The position numbers were made by a program, and so were the translations under genes. A stretch of 61,669 bases of DNA, filler included, from Choristocarpus tenellus KU-1152 (lineage: Eukaryota; Protista; Phaeophyceae), in the NCBI GenBank assembly GCA_964200185.2. It is 10 parts of 10 records of this genome, joined end to end, with 100 filler letters (N's around TTAATTAATTAA, not from the genome) between each part and the next. Parts side by side here need not be neighbours in the genome. Positions count along the whole stretch, not along the records: positions 34,112 to 40,624 come from CAXNAD020007971.1; positions 40,725 to 51,718 come from CAXNAD020002577.1; 8 more parts are not named here. One strand, 5' to 3'. Positions within the stretch are counted from its first letter, which is position 1. Each line of letters opens with the position of its first letter. Shown here piece after piece: positions 36,177 through 47,177 of this stretch. Below the pieces are notes generated by a model. It had not been told where the DNA came from and did no database searches. It saw nothing but the letters and a program-made list of their open reading frames with translations.

Positions 36177-39137
36177 CTCTCGCTCAAACTTCTCACGGCA
36201 AGCCTCCACAGCTTTTGCCCCAACATCCAGCAAGCGGCGACTCTCAAATCCCCAGAGCTCCTCCTTTTCCCAGCCGCTGCACTCTTGTCCTTCCTCCGGA
36301 AGAGCTTCCACCACCCTCTTCACCATGCCTACCACGTCCTCCCTAAGCAACCCCCAATCAAGAAGCGGCTCTTCCTTAAACCTAAGGTTTGCACCAGCAT
36401 GGAGCCTCAGAGATGGTTGAGCTGGCTCCAGGGTTGAGCTTGAAGCAGCCAAGGGTGATTCTGGCGGGGACTGCAGTGCAACTGGTCCAGCTCCAGGTGC
36501 AGGTACAGCAGACAAGGGCAAATGAGAGGACAGCTCCCCTACAGCTTTCCCCTGTTTCTGTGCCTGCTTTGAACCAGCCCCACTAGCCCTCTTCCCCTGC
36601 CCCAACCCCTTTCCCCACAATGATGGCGGCACCAGGTCAGATGCTGCACCAACAAACCCAGCCTCCACACTCCTCAAAGCAACAACAGACACACCCCCCT
36701 TCCCAGTTCCCTCCACCCTACCCCCCGTCACAGACCCCGATGCTGAAGCAACTACACTGGGGTTCTGCGGGTCCAATGACACTGGGGGCAGGTATTCATT
36801 TGCCTCAAATCGCCCCCTCAGCTCCTTCAGGTTCCTCGGGGGCACCCTTGTATACCCCCCCTTGTCTTGTTGCTCCTCTGATCCACTTCCACTAGTATTC
36901 CCCACGTTCCCCACATTCCACCTGTTCCCCTCGCCGTCGCAACCACTAGCCTCCGACTGTTCACTGCCATTCACCTCAAAACATCTTGGCTCATCTACTT
37001 CCATAAAATCAGTCCCAGAGGACAATGGAACTGCCACCGCCCCTGATTTCTTCAGCCCTCCTCCTCGGGGCAAGCGGAGACGGCTCCGCTGTTGCTTCCT
37101 CTTACTTCCAGGCTCTTCTAAGGCAGAGCCTTTCTTTGCAGTTGCACCATTATCTCCAGGCAGGACACACAAATCTCTATCACCCTGAATTTTGACCAAG
37201 TCTACTCCTTCCCCCCCCTCCCGCCCCACAACCTTCCCTGTTGGAATAGGATGGCACTCACCAGTAGTTGAACCATTGCTAGAACCAGTCTGATCCCCTC
37301 CTAGAGGCAAGCAGTCTTGCTTCACAGGCTGAGGTGATTCTCTTTCCTCCCCCATACCATGCTGCTCTACAACTGTCCCAGCCCCTGCCCTTGGCAGTAT
37401 AATGGTAACACCAGCCTGTTCCCCAGCTACAATTCCAGTATCACCACTACCAGTCTGTGAAATGGTTGCTGTTACTGCTGCTGCCACCTTTGCCCTCTCC
37501 AACTTGACCTGCTGATACGCCTCGGTAATTCTATCCAGGGGATCACCACTGCAGCGAAACAGGTCATACTGATCCATTTTTTCCAGGCGTCGCAGCAGTC
37601 TTTCTCCTTCTTTCACCTGCTGCTCAAGAAATTTGGGGAGTTCTGTACGAGGTTTGGCCGGTGCTAGCCCTCCCCCCCGATCCTCCAGCGTCTCCATGGT
37701 CTTCATATTGGAGAAAGGGACATGAAGCATCATCATTGGCAAGCAGGAAAACATCATAAAATCCAGAATCGAAGGTCAGGTGATAGGGATGTGGTCAAAG
37801 GGGAGGGGAGAGTGGCAATACTACTAGAGAAATGCAAGAGAAGAAGAAAAACGCACCGGATAGCTGATCCCGTCCCAGAAGTGCCAAGAGAGGTGCAGAG
37901 AAAATATTAGCTTGCATCAACAACATGAGAGGGGTACATACACACAGCAGCATACCTCCAACTCCTGCACAAGAATCTAATAGTCCACAAGTTGTTTAAA
38001 CCGCATACTAAAGCCCACGAAGGGATTGTATTTTATCCTCTCTCCCTCCCAAAAAAGCTCAATCTGGGCAAATATTGAGCCTCTGTGAAAAATCCAACTA
38101 CTGGCGGACTATGGGTTCACTTGCCACACAGATAGTGTGTGACCATCCCAACGCTCCCAACGCCAAGAAAACACAAGAGTTTCAGGAGGGGAAAAGCTGG
38201 ATGGGTCAATCGGAATGACAACCCATAGCAACTGACGGAAAAAGTGGCTAGGAACAGAAGCATTAACTGCTATTTTCTCAGTCAGTTCCCGCACTAAATA
38301 GCCCACCTCATCAAACTGGCGGGGAGCCTTCACTGATCGGGCACCTCGTGCCGACCGGCTGGGTCTTGCCTTTTCCTGGAGCAGGCCAGAGCGCCGCAGA
38401 AACTGTCAAAAACGGGCGGGAAAAGATAGGACATGCATACGGTGAACCGTAGAAAAGGCGAAATTCTCACCAGAACAAAGGCCTTTGGCATGTTGCAGGA
38501 GAAAGACATCACCCAACGCCATGAAATGGACCAAGTGCGGACAAGAGATTAGATTAGGTGGGCGTATTTGATTTATGTTGGGTCGCCCAAGACTTTCACC
38601 AGAAACCCACAGTTCAGACGAGCACTAGAGACATGCGTTGCAAACAAATTTTCAAAAAGTGAACTAGTATTCATCTCTCATGACCAATCTACTACTAACA
38701 GTGACAGGTCATCCCCATGTAAAAACAACGGCCCACACCCTCTTCAATAATCCTCCACAATTCTTGGATACGCTCAGCGTCAGTCAGTCCAACGAAGGAA
38801 AATAGGCGTGAGCTAGAGTACAACACTTGGATTCCTTTCGCAGTTACATATCATCATGATACATAGCTTGGAGGTGTTGGCGATCTTGACAGTGCAACGA
38901 AGATTAAAAAGAAATCAATCAAGTTTCAAACAACCCGTCACACGAAGTCACCTGAACAGGCACTGCTGGCTCAGTTGACCCCTTGACATATTCGACAGCC
39001 ACTGTTCCATCAATGTTAATATGCTTTACCCGACCTGCTCCCCCAGGCTTATTCATCCCCGGTCCCGACCGTGAATCGACGATTACCATGTCGTTCATAG
39101 CGAAGGCTGATCCAGGTGGGGGCTCGTTTCCCGCCAT
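36177..39137 (-). CDS. Large low-complexity protein with an N-terminal Tudor/SH3-like segment and a split bromodomain-like region, 3'-partial; exons 38952-39137, 38307-38402, 36177-37700
   Basis: Three phase-0 GT-AG exons. Exon 1 has VIVDSRSGPGMNKPGGAGRVKHINIDGTVAVEYV (small beta-barrel-like). Exon 3 is a 508-codon open frame. Downstream exons were not resolved. Confidence 0.7.
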
Positions 39138-39329
39138 GACACCGTCAAGATTGACGGATCGATTGGACTTTATGATTTCAATTCCTCATATGTGTTGTGA
39201 TATGAAGGTCGCCGACAATCCCCAGATGCTCTACTGTAGGTCCGTCGGCGACACACTTTTGACTTTGAACGATGCGACCGCTCAAGCAAAATTGGTAAAG
39301 CACATCTGCAGTGTATTGGTTTGAAAAAC

Positions 39330-40515
39330 CTGTATACTGTTCGGTTAATTTGTCCTATATACATATATATATAGTAGATATGTGAAAAGTTTTCATCAGT
39401 TTTTCCTTTGATACATCTGGAAAATATCAATGGCCATAATAAAATATATATTTAGGATAAAATTTTCTTTTACAGATTTTGTGGAGTATGAGGTAATTAA
39501 TTTAGTGGTTACCCTTCGACACTGCATATACTTCTATGTTACGGTTTTGATTATGCTATTTTACATACCAAGCTCAACAGATTATATGTCTAGACGTGTC
39601 ATGCGTTTTAAGCTGGAGTCACCCGGGAGATGGGCACAGAGGGGTTTGTTGGATTCTTGGGACGCCTCCCTAGCTAGCTCCTCACGCTGAGGCACAGGAA
39701 TAATAGGTAGATTGGAGGCGCAGGAAGGCAGCGATACAACATAGTAGTGAAATAACAAATAGATTCGTGTTTTTCACATTATTTGTGACATATTCTACTT
39801 CTTTAGGGCATATACTGACATGTGAATACTTTTCATTGGTTTTCCCCCTGACACATCCACAAAATGTCAAAGGGCATAATAATATGTATGTATGCCATGT
39901 TGTACAAATATATAGTGGTGGAACGGTAGGGATTTTTCAGACATGTGAATAGTTCTCATTAGTTTTTCCCCTAGCACATCTACAAAATGTGACAGGGCAT
40001 AATATTATAAAAACATATTATAGTTGAATTATATACTATTATCCCTCTCACATTTTGGAGATGTGTTAAGGGAAAAACTAATGAAAACTATTGAAAACCA
40101 TCCAAATGTCAGAATAACCCCTAAAAAAGTAACACTTTGTCATAAATGTGAAAGACATTCAATTTACTATTTTACTCTAGCTATGCCACATTTATCTCTG
40201 TCGCAACACAGGTAAACCTATCTAGACGTTTCATGCGTTTTAAGCTCAAGACACCAGGGAGATGGGCAAGGAGGGACTTGTTATATTCTTGGGATGCTTC
40301 CCTAGCTCCTCACCTTGGGGTGAAGGACTAAGCTAGGTTGGAGGCACAAGAGAGCAGCGGTGTAGCTAAGCTGGTAGTAAAATAGTAAATAGATAGAAAA
40401 AAGTCTTACACATTTTCGACAATTGTTACTTTTTAGGAATTTTTTAGACATTTGAATTGTTTTCGTTGTTTTTTCCCCTGACACATCTGCAAAGTGTCAG
40501 AGGGCATAATTATTA
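39330..40515. repeat. Cluster of at least 5 short copies of the non-LTR element 3' end in both orientations
   Basis: Motif tagttttcattggtttttcccctgacacatctgcaaaatgtcagagggcataat at about 39385, 39825, 39950, 40455 (+) and 40030-40100 (-). Two copies of about 290 bp start at 39589 and 40221. Confidence 0.85.
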
Positions 40516-40586
40516 AAATATATATACGTCCTGTCATGCTTGTGGATATATCACAAAAATACCAGAGCAAGAACAACGTGGAAGCT

Positions 40587-40900
40587 GACCCAAAGTATCT
40601 GGGAGGGGGGGGGGGGGCTACACCNNNNNNNNNNNNNNNNNNNNNNNNNNNNNNNNNNNNNNNNNNNNTTAATTAATTAANNNNNNNNNNNNNNNNNNNN
40701 NNNNNNNNNNNNNNNNNNNNNNNNTTTGGAAGTGTCAATATCCTTGTTCCGGACACCCCTTTTCATGACGTATACAGTTGACCTACTCCGAAACATTTTG
40801 GAGTAGGAAAATGTAATAAAAATACGCCATGGGAAGTCAAGCCCCAAAGGGACAAACAGGGCAAAACTCGTACCCTCTAAGATACTTTCAGTCAGAACCC
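40587..40900. mobile_element. MITE ends on both sides of a gap: A end 40587-40624, B part 40725-about 40900
   Basis: gacccaaagtatctggg on the left; ggaagtgtcaatatccttgttccggacacc ... taccctctaagatacttt on the right. Confidence 0.75.
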
Positions 40901-41059
40901 AGTGGTGTAGTATACCTGGTAGTAAAATCACATATAGATTAATGTCTTTGTCTTTGACATTTACGACAGAAGCTACTTTTTTAGGGTTATTTCCGATATC
41001 TGAATAGTTTTCATTGGTTTTTCCCATTGACACATAAAATGTTAAAGCCATATATTTTT

Positions 41060-44000
41060 TTTAATGCCCCTCTGACATTTTGCCTATGTATAAGGGGGAA
41101 AACTAATGAAAACTACACACATGTCAGTATAAGCTCTAAAGAATTAAAATGTCATAAATGTGAAAGACACTAACCTATTTGTTACTTCACCACTACCTAT
41201 GTTGTACCACTGCCTTCCTGTGTCTCCAATTTACCTATACCTGTACCCTGGGGGGAGGAGCTAGGGAGGCATCCCAAGAATCCAATAAACCCCTCCGTGC
41301 CGATCTCCCTGGGGGCTCCAGCTTGTAACGCATGACACATCTAGACAGTGCAACTTGTGTAGTGACCGAGACAATTTGGTGCAGCCAGAATTTAGCTACT
41401 CCTTTCCTGTTATATCCTCCCACTCCTCTCCCCCCTACTATATGAGTAGCCAGCTCATCCAGGAAGCATTCCGCTTGCATGCCGAGGTGCCCAAAACTTT
41501 CCACTGTGAAGGTGTTGAGGTTATGTCTACGAGGGTCAAAGGAGCCCTCGTAGTGGGTGTGTTTTCGCGCCTCGGCTGCAGCAGCAGCTACACCATTGCT
41601 GGTGGATGAGTGTGTGAGGTGGGAGGCTGCCTGTGACCAAACGTATCTTGGAGGGGGGATGGGTCTACACCAGGGTGTCCAATTGGGCCAAAATCAGGAA
41701 AAGTGCACTTACATTATCCATCTGACGCATGCAACCAAATCACCCAAAAATCACAACATGAAGAAATTGACCCCATATGGACAGCTGTCACCTCCACCAG
41801 ATACTTTAAGCCCTGTACTTCTGTGAATGTGACATCTAGCAGAAAACCTTTGTCCCAGTAGGGGGCTGATCCAGCGCCCACCAGTGCCCCTGCATGGAAA
41901 ACTAGATGCATGCGAAGATTCCTGTCAACCGTGAAGGGGCTGCCGTCAACCATAGTGCAAGGGATGCCCATCCCCTTGCATAGTTGGTGTAGGCGTTTCA
42001 CCATTGGAGTGTGCTGTCGAACCTACCCTCCTGCCCTGGGGTAGGTACGGGCATGTCTGGTATCAACATTTCGCCTCCTGCACACTGCCACTGGGCACCT
42101 GTTTGAGAGGGCCTCCTCCCTCCCTAGGGATCTGCTGACTGTAAGCTTTAAATAAATTCTGGAGAGGGGATCTGGCATGCTGGTTCCAGAGGTTGTTTCG
42201 AGGCCCATGCGTTTGCCTCTTGTCCACACTGGCTCCGGTGGCGTGCTAGGGCCAATGAGGAGCTTTCTTTCCCTTGGTGAGTTTCGCTTGGTAGGCCGGC
42301 AGTTGTGTCCTGAAGGAGTCGAAACGGATCCTCTTCAGGAGGCGTGTGATCTCATGTTGGACTCTCCTTGTGATCCTGGCATCATCAGCTGCCAGGATGT
42401 GTACCTCTGGGGCAGATGTAGAGGATCTTGTTCCCCCCCAGGTTGCCCAGTCTTGGCAAATGATTTCTGCAAGGTCTTCTGAGGGGATACCTGTGGGAAG
42501 GAGGGAGTGAATGGACAATCCTAAAGCCTGCATTGTGGGGCTCGCGCATACAGCTTGTGAGAAGGACTCGCCATCAGGCCCTTGCTGCCTTGCTGGGAGG
42601 GTGGAGAGAGTAGCTACCAGTGATCCTACGAAAGCCGCATGTTGGCGGTGTTTCATAGAGGAGAGGCCAGATCCCCCGCACTTGTGGGCATCTGTGCCTG
42701 TACTTGTTGGTGGGTCTCTAGGCGGAGAGACCCATTGTTGCACCCCCCCTCAAAGAAATCTGTCGCCTCTGTTGAGTCTTCCACCTCCATTATCATCTCT
42801 AGTGTCCATAGTGAGTGTTATCTGCTTGCTCCATGGTGGAGCGTGCCAGGAGGGGGGGAGTGGCCCTCACAAGATAGCCTAGGTGGGAGGAAAGGGACCA
42901 GGAGTTGAGGAGCCAGGCCCCCTGTTTGTCCTCCATCTCACTGAGGTGTGTGGCCAGAGTTCGTGTCCCAGAGCTCTCCATCACCTCAGTCATATGGGCT
43001 TGGATAAAGCCATCTGTTCCCACAGCCCCTAATGTGGCAAAACCATTGGGGTTCTGGGCCAGGTTGATTCCCGCTGCAGCGAGGAGCTCCAGTTCGGAGG
43101 GCATGGGTTGGTGACCCTGGGGAGGTGCGGCAAAGGTCTTGTCCATATTTAGGTCAATGCCTATCTCGAAAGCAGGTACGGTGGTAGGGCCGATCTCCCT
43201 TGCTGATACGGATGTGTCGTCCAGGTAGCTTCGGGAGGAAATCCCTTGATTGGACCTGTTGAGGGCCCTTATGTGTTGCCATGCAATAGAAGAAGGGGCC
43301 AAGTGGGTCTCTCTGTCGTGCCCCTGATATTTATGGCAGGATCTTCATCCCTCCCTCGTCCAGGGGAAAAAGAAGATTGCGGGTGTGCCCATATACCTTG
43401 GAGACATAAGGCAGGGTTGCTGGTCGAGTCTCTGGGAGGGCCTGGATGAAAGCTAAGCGATGTGTACTGCTGAAAGCATTTCTTCTGTCTAAACTGATGA
43501 CCCATTCTCCACACTCATTTCTTAGGCGAACATCCAGGAGAGCACATTCTACTCCATTTGGGACCTTGACTCCAAGTTGTCCTACTTCACCGACGAATTC
43601 CTCCAGGTATGGGCGCCAGTCTGTGCAGAAGCTGAACCCGCAGGCAACCGGGCGACAATTCTCCCCAATTGCAGACAATCTGGAGTTTGCGTAGAGTTTC
43701 CAGAACTCTAGGGGTAGAGAGTCCGAGGAGGTAAAGGCTGTCTCCCAAAGTTTTGCAAACGCCTCCGCCACTTCTTCGTGATTAACATCTGTTGTGATAG
43801 CTGATCTGATGTGGCCAGGGCGTATCCCACCAGGGCCTAGTGCCGAGTTACTGTTAGCCCTCATGAAGGCTGTTCGAAGGGACGTTGGGGGTGTACTCCC
43901 CTTCCGGGAGGCAGTACTTTTGTTCTCCAGGTCTTGCATTCTCTTGTACTCTGTCTTTTGCGTGTGATGGTCTGCCTAAGCTTGTTCGGGTTCTCACTCG

Positions 44001-44225
44001 GGTGTTTGGGGACCAGTGCACTGAAAGTCTCCTCCGTCCCCGGGGCTCTAGGTTGTGCTTGGAGCACAGTTGTTACAGGGGAATAGTGCCAGCATTTCTT
44101 CTTTTGTTCTAACAAAGTGCGATCATTTGTTACACGCGAATAGCGCGAGCATTTCTTCTCATCATGTTTTAGCAAGCACAAACATTTGTGACAGGCGAAT
44201 AGTGCAAGCATTGTTTCTCGCGTTC
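41060..44225 (-). mobile_element. Decayed non-LTR retrotransposon of the RLE class (CRE/R2-like): RT, Zn-knuckle, restriction-like endonuclease, 3' UTR
   Basis: RT motifs in order over frameshifted frames: SALGPGGIRPGH, RPVACG, QLGVKVPNGVE, ISLDRRNAFSS, GARQRDPLGP, YLDD, GIDLNMDKT, LGAVG, GGSGL. Then CPVAVCRRRNVDTRHARTY, LLDVTF, AEARKHTHY, VESFGHLG (RLE). Intronless, with stops and frameshifts. Confidence 0.92.
41635..41812. mobile_element. MITE subfamily A inserted in the RLE domain, 4-bp TSD CTGT
   Basis: ctgt|GACCAAACGTATCTTGG ... CCAGATACTTTAAGCC|ctgt. Removing it restores DVTFTEVQ-AASHLTHS in frame. Confidence 0.9.
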
Positions 44226-44229
44226 TAGT

Positions 44230-44490
44230 GTGTTCTTATGTTTAGGATATTTTATTTCTTTAGAGCTAATAACGACATACATAGTTTTCATTGGTTTCCC
44301 CCCTGACACATCTGCAAAATGTCAGAGGGCAAAATAATATAATATTTTATAATTATGCCCTCTGAACAATATTTTATTATTATGCCCTCTGAACAATATT
44401 TTATTATTATGCCCTCTGACATTTTGCAGGGGGAAACCAATGAAAACTATATAGATATGTCAGGGGAAAACCAATGAAAACTATATACAT
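44230..44490. repeat. Fold-back of tail-to-tail retroelement 3' ends with three internal repeats of about 27 bp
   Basis: atagttttcattggtttcccccctgacacatctgcaaaatgtcagagggc ... (attatgccctctga..) x3 ... cattttgcagggggaaaccaatgaaaactat. Confidence 0.85.
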
Positions 44491-44988
44491 ACGTGTATAT
44501 ATCATATAATATACTTAAAACACTTCACGATTTTTTTAAATACACTTAATGATCAATTTGTTCAATTATACAATCTATCTGTATCTCTTCATGGAAACGT
44601 GCCTAGTAGTGACTATCGCGATCAAGTGGCGAGGCGGCTGTGTTGAAAAATATATAAGGAGGTAGCTCAGTTCCACACCCAGCTCGAATAATTCGAAACC
44701 TTAAAGGCACTTTAATAGTTCAGAGGGAGTTAGGGTGTGAGTGAGAATCTCGGGTTCGTCAAGTCTGGTTATTGGACGGTCCAATGGTGACGTTAGACCT
44801 CACTTGACATCCACCTCTCCCTTGCGAATAACCTTTTCGGTTCCCTATGATCTCCATACCTCTTGACCTTGTTTTAGCTTCTTGTTAAAAATTCCTACTG
44901 TGTACAGAATCGTTTGAATGAGCCCAGTTTCGATAGGTGTCATCATTAGTTGCGTTTACCAAACCAAGACCTTCAGCGTGATTAGAAG

Positions 44989-47177
44989 ATGAAAGACACT
45001 AGAATCCTGAAAATGCAAGGAGTAACGGTCTGCATCCTGGTGTGCAGCGCTGTTTTACTAAACTATATCCCCATTCGTTCCCTACAGAGGCTGATGGTTT
45101 ATGAACAACAGCAAAAGACTGGGAGATGGAAAGCTGGTCTTGCAAACCTACCCGCCAGCCTGGAGTTTGTAGTTGCAATTGTTGCCGTTGCCATTTCTAC
45201 CTGCCTCGCATTTTCTGATCGGCTGGGACAATGGCTTGCTTCCGTTGCCCCAAATGTACTGCCTCCTGCTGAGGCTGAGGCAGGGGCGGCGGTTGTACGA
45301 GAAGCCATCAGGCAGTCCAAGCATTGCATACGTTATGGAGCGGAAGCCTGTCTCGACAAAGAGGGGCGCGTCACTTCCTTTTGTGAGGCTTGGGTGTACT
45401 TTTCTTGCATATTGCACTCACATTTAGAGAGACCTACGTGGAGAATCACTTGCTAGAACAAACGATTTAGAAAGGCCAAAAATGCCTCTTGTTTCAGCAC
45501 TTGTTTACCATTCCTTCCACTTCCTTCCTCTGAACTAGGCTCATCCCTCACCGATGAGTCTCATCCTCGCACCCCTAATGCCACTGTTATGTCTACGTCA
45601 CACCTTTCCTGCTTGTTCCATATATAGACCTTTATTTGTCGAACTGGTACTTGTCTCCGCAACAGCATGTTGTGGAATTGATGTTGTCGGTCGTCATCCT
45701 GGCTCCTCTGTGTCTTCTGTTCTTCCGTGCCTGCTCGGCGGGCTACCACTATCAGCGGGAGGCGGGTACATTCCAGATGTCCAAGATGTCACCTGTGATG
45801 AAATTGTGGGGTGCGACGCTCCTGGTGTTCGTGATAATTGGCGCGCTTATGAAGATCTTCGATGGGTCAATAACCAACCACCCTGCATACCTGTGGCAGC
45901 CTTGCCACCTCCACAGTGTTGTCATGGGGCTCTGCGCTTTCTGGGACAGCGAGCGGTCACGTGCAGTGCTGCACGTGGCAACAACACTGTGGTGGGGGCC
46001 CTTCCTCATCTTCGTGGCACCTGACTTACCTTCCGATTCTTTTGAAATTGTCATATTCTACGCGCAGCATGTGATGATGCTCCTCGTGGTACTGTTCCGT
46101 CTCACTGTTGGCGCCAATTGGATGTACAGGTGTGCCCTTGGTTGCTACGTTCTACCTCTACCACAGTAAATGACAAAGGGGTATGCTTTGGAGCAGTGAT
46201 TGTTTAAACTTTTTTATATACTTTAGAGGCACACCTCCATGCTTTTATCACCTCCAGCAGGCACACCCTTGTCTAACTGCATGTACCCATATAGGTGCCA
46301 GTGGAAGGACACGTTTCTGGTCCACTTATCATTCACAGAACCACAAGAGGCTGACCCGTACTGCAACACATCCATAATGTTAGGTAGTACAAACAGGACC
46401 CGACTTGTTCAAAGACCCCCTACCCCCCCAATAGTCACTGGTTTGTGTTGCTGGTGTGTGTCATCGATTACCCCAGGGACTTTTGGTGGAATTCTGCAGG
46501 TTATATTATCCTCTGCTGCTACCACTGGTGGTGGCTAGGTCCCATCAACATAGTCACTGGCATCAATGTGGCGACCATGTCAAATCCCCCTGTACCACTG
46601 AAGATGTTTGGAAAGTACTACCGGGTGGTGTGGGGTCTAGCATGCATGCTACTCCAGGCAAGTGTGTTTTTGAAGACCCAATCTGTATGTCAGGTGTTTG
46701 GGACATGTTCCTACTCACTTGTACTTCTCAGCCTGTGGGGACAAAATCTTGATTGAACAGATGGCGTTCCCTTTGGTCTACATGTCTGTATCTAGACCTC
46801 GTGGTCCCACCCGCCTCTACATGTCAATATATCTCGTATGCAAAAGCCTGGTATAGGTGATGAGTCTTGTCGTCTTACGACAACATTGTAACACAAAGAG
46901 GAATAATATGCAAGTGTGGTCTATTTCGCCCTCCCCTCCCCTGCCCCCACAGTTTCTTGCTGTGCAGGTGATCAATCTCCTAGCACGTCTTGTGGGAACC
47001 TGGCCCCCCAGCCCAAGTGCTGCTCTGAAGGCGACTGCTGCTGCCTCGTCCTCCAGCAGGCCATTGAGTAAGGGCACAGATTGCATACCAAGTGATGCCA
47101 TAAGTGTGACACCTACAGAGGCAGTGGCACTTGTGGATGGATGTAGCAGTTCGCAAGGTCATCATAAGTCCTCATGA
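44989..47177 (+). CDS. TMEM164: TMEM164-family multipass membrane protein; exons 44989-45382, 45628-46129, 46477-46657 (GC donor), 46953-47177
   Basis: WYLSPQQHVVE, YLWQPCHL, GPFLIFVAPD, EIVIFYAQHVMMLLV, YHWWWLGPINIVTGINVATMSNPP..FGKYYR parallel recalled TMEM164 motifs (YLLNPCH, EIYYIQH, YH...VTEVNLNNMLCP..GPWYR). Confidence 0.82.

Noticed and set aside
44295-44330. Hammerhead ribozyme in the retroelement repeat
   Set aside because: No CTGATGA...GAAA core with three stems; it is only a simple hairpin.
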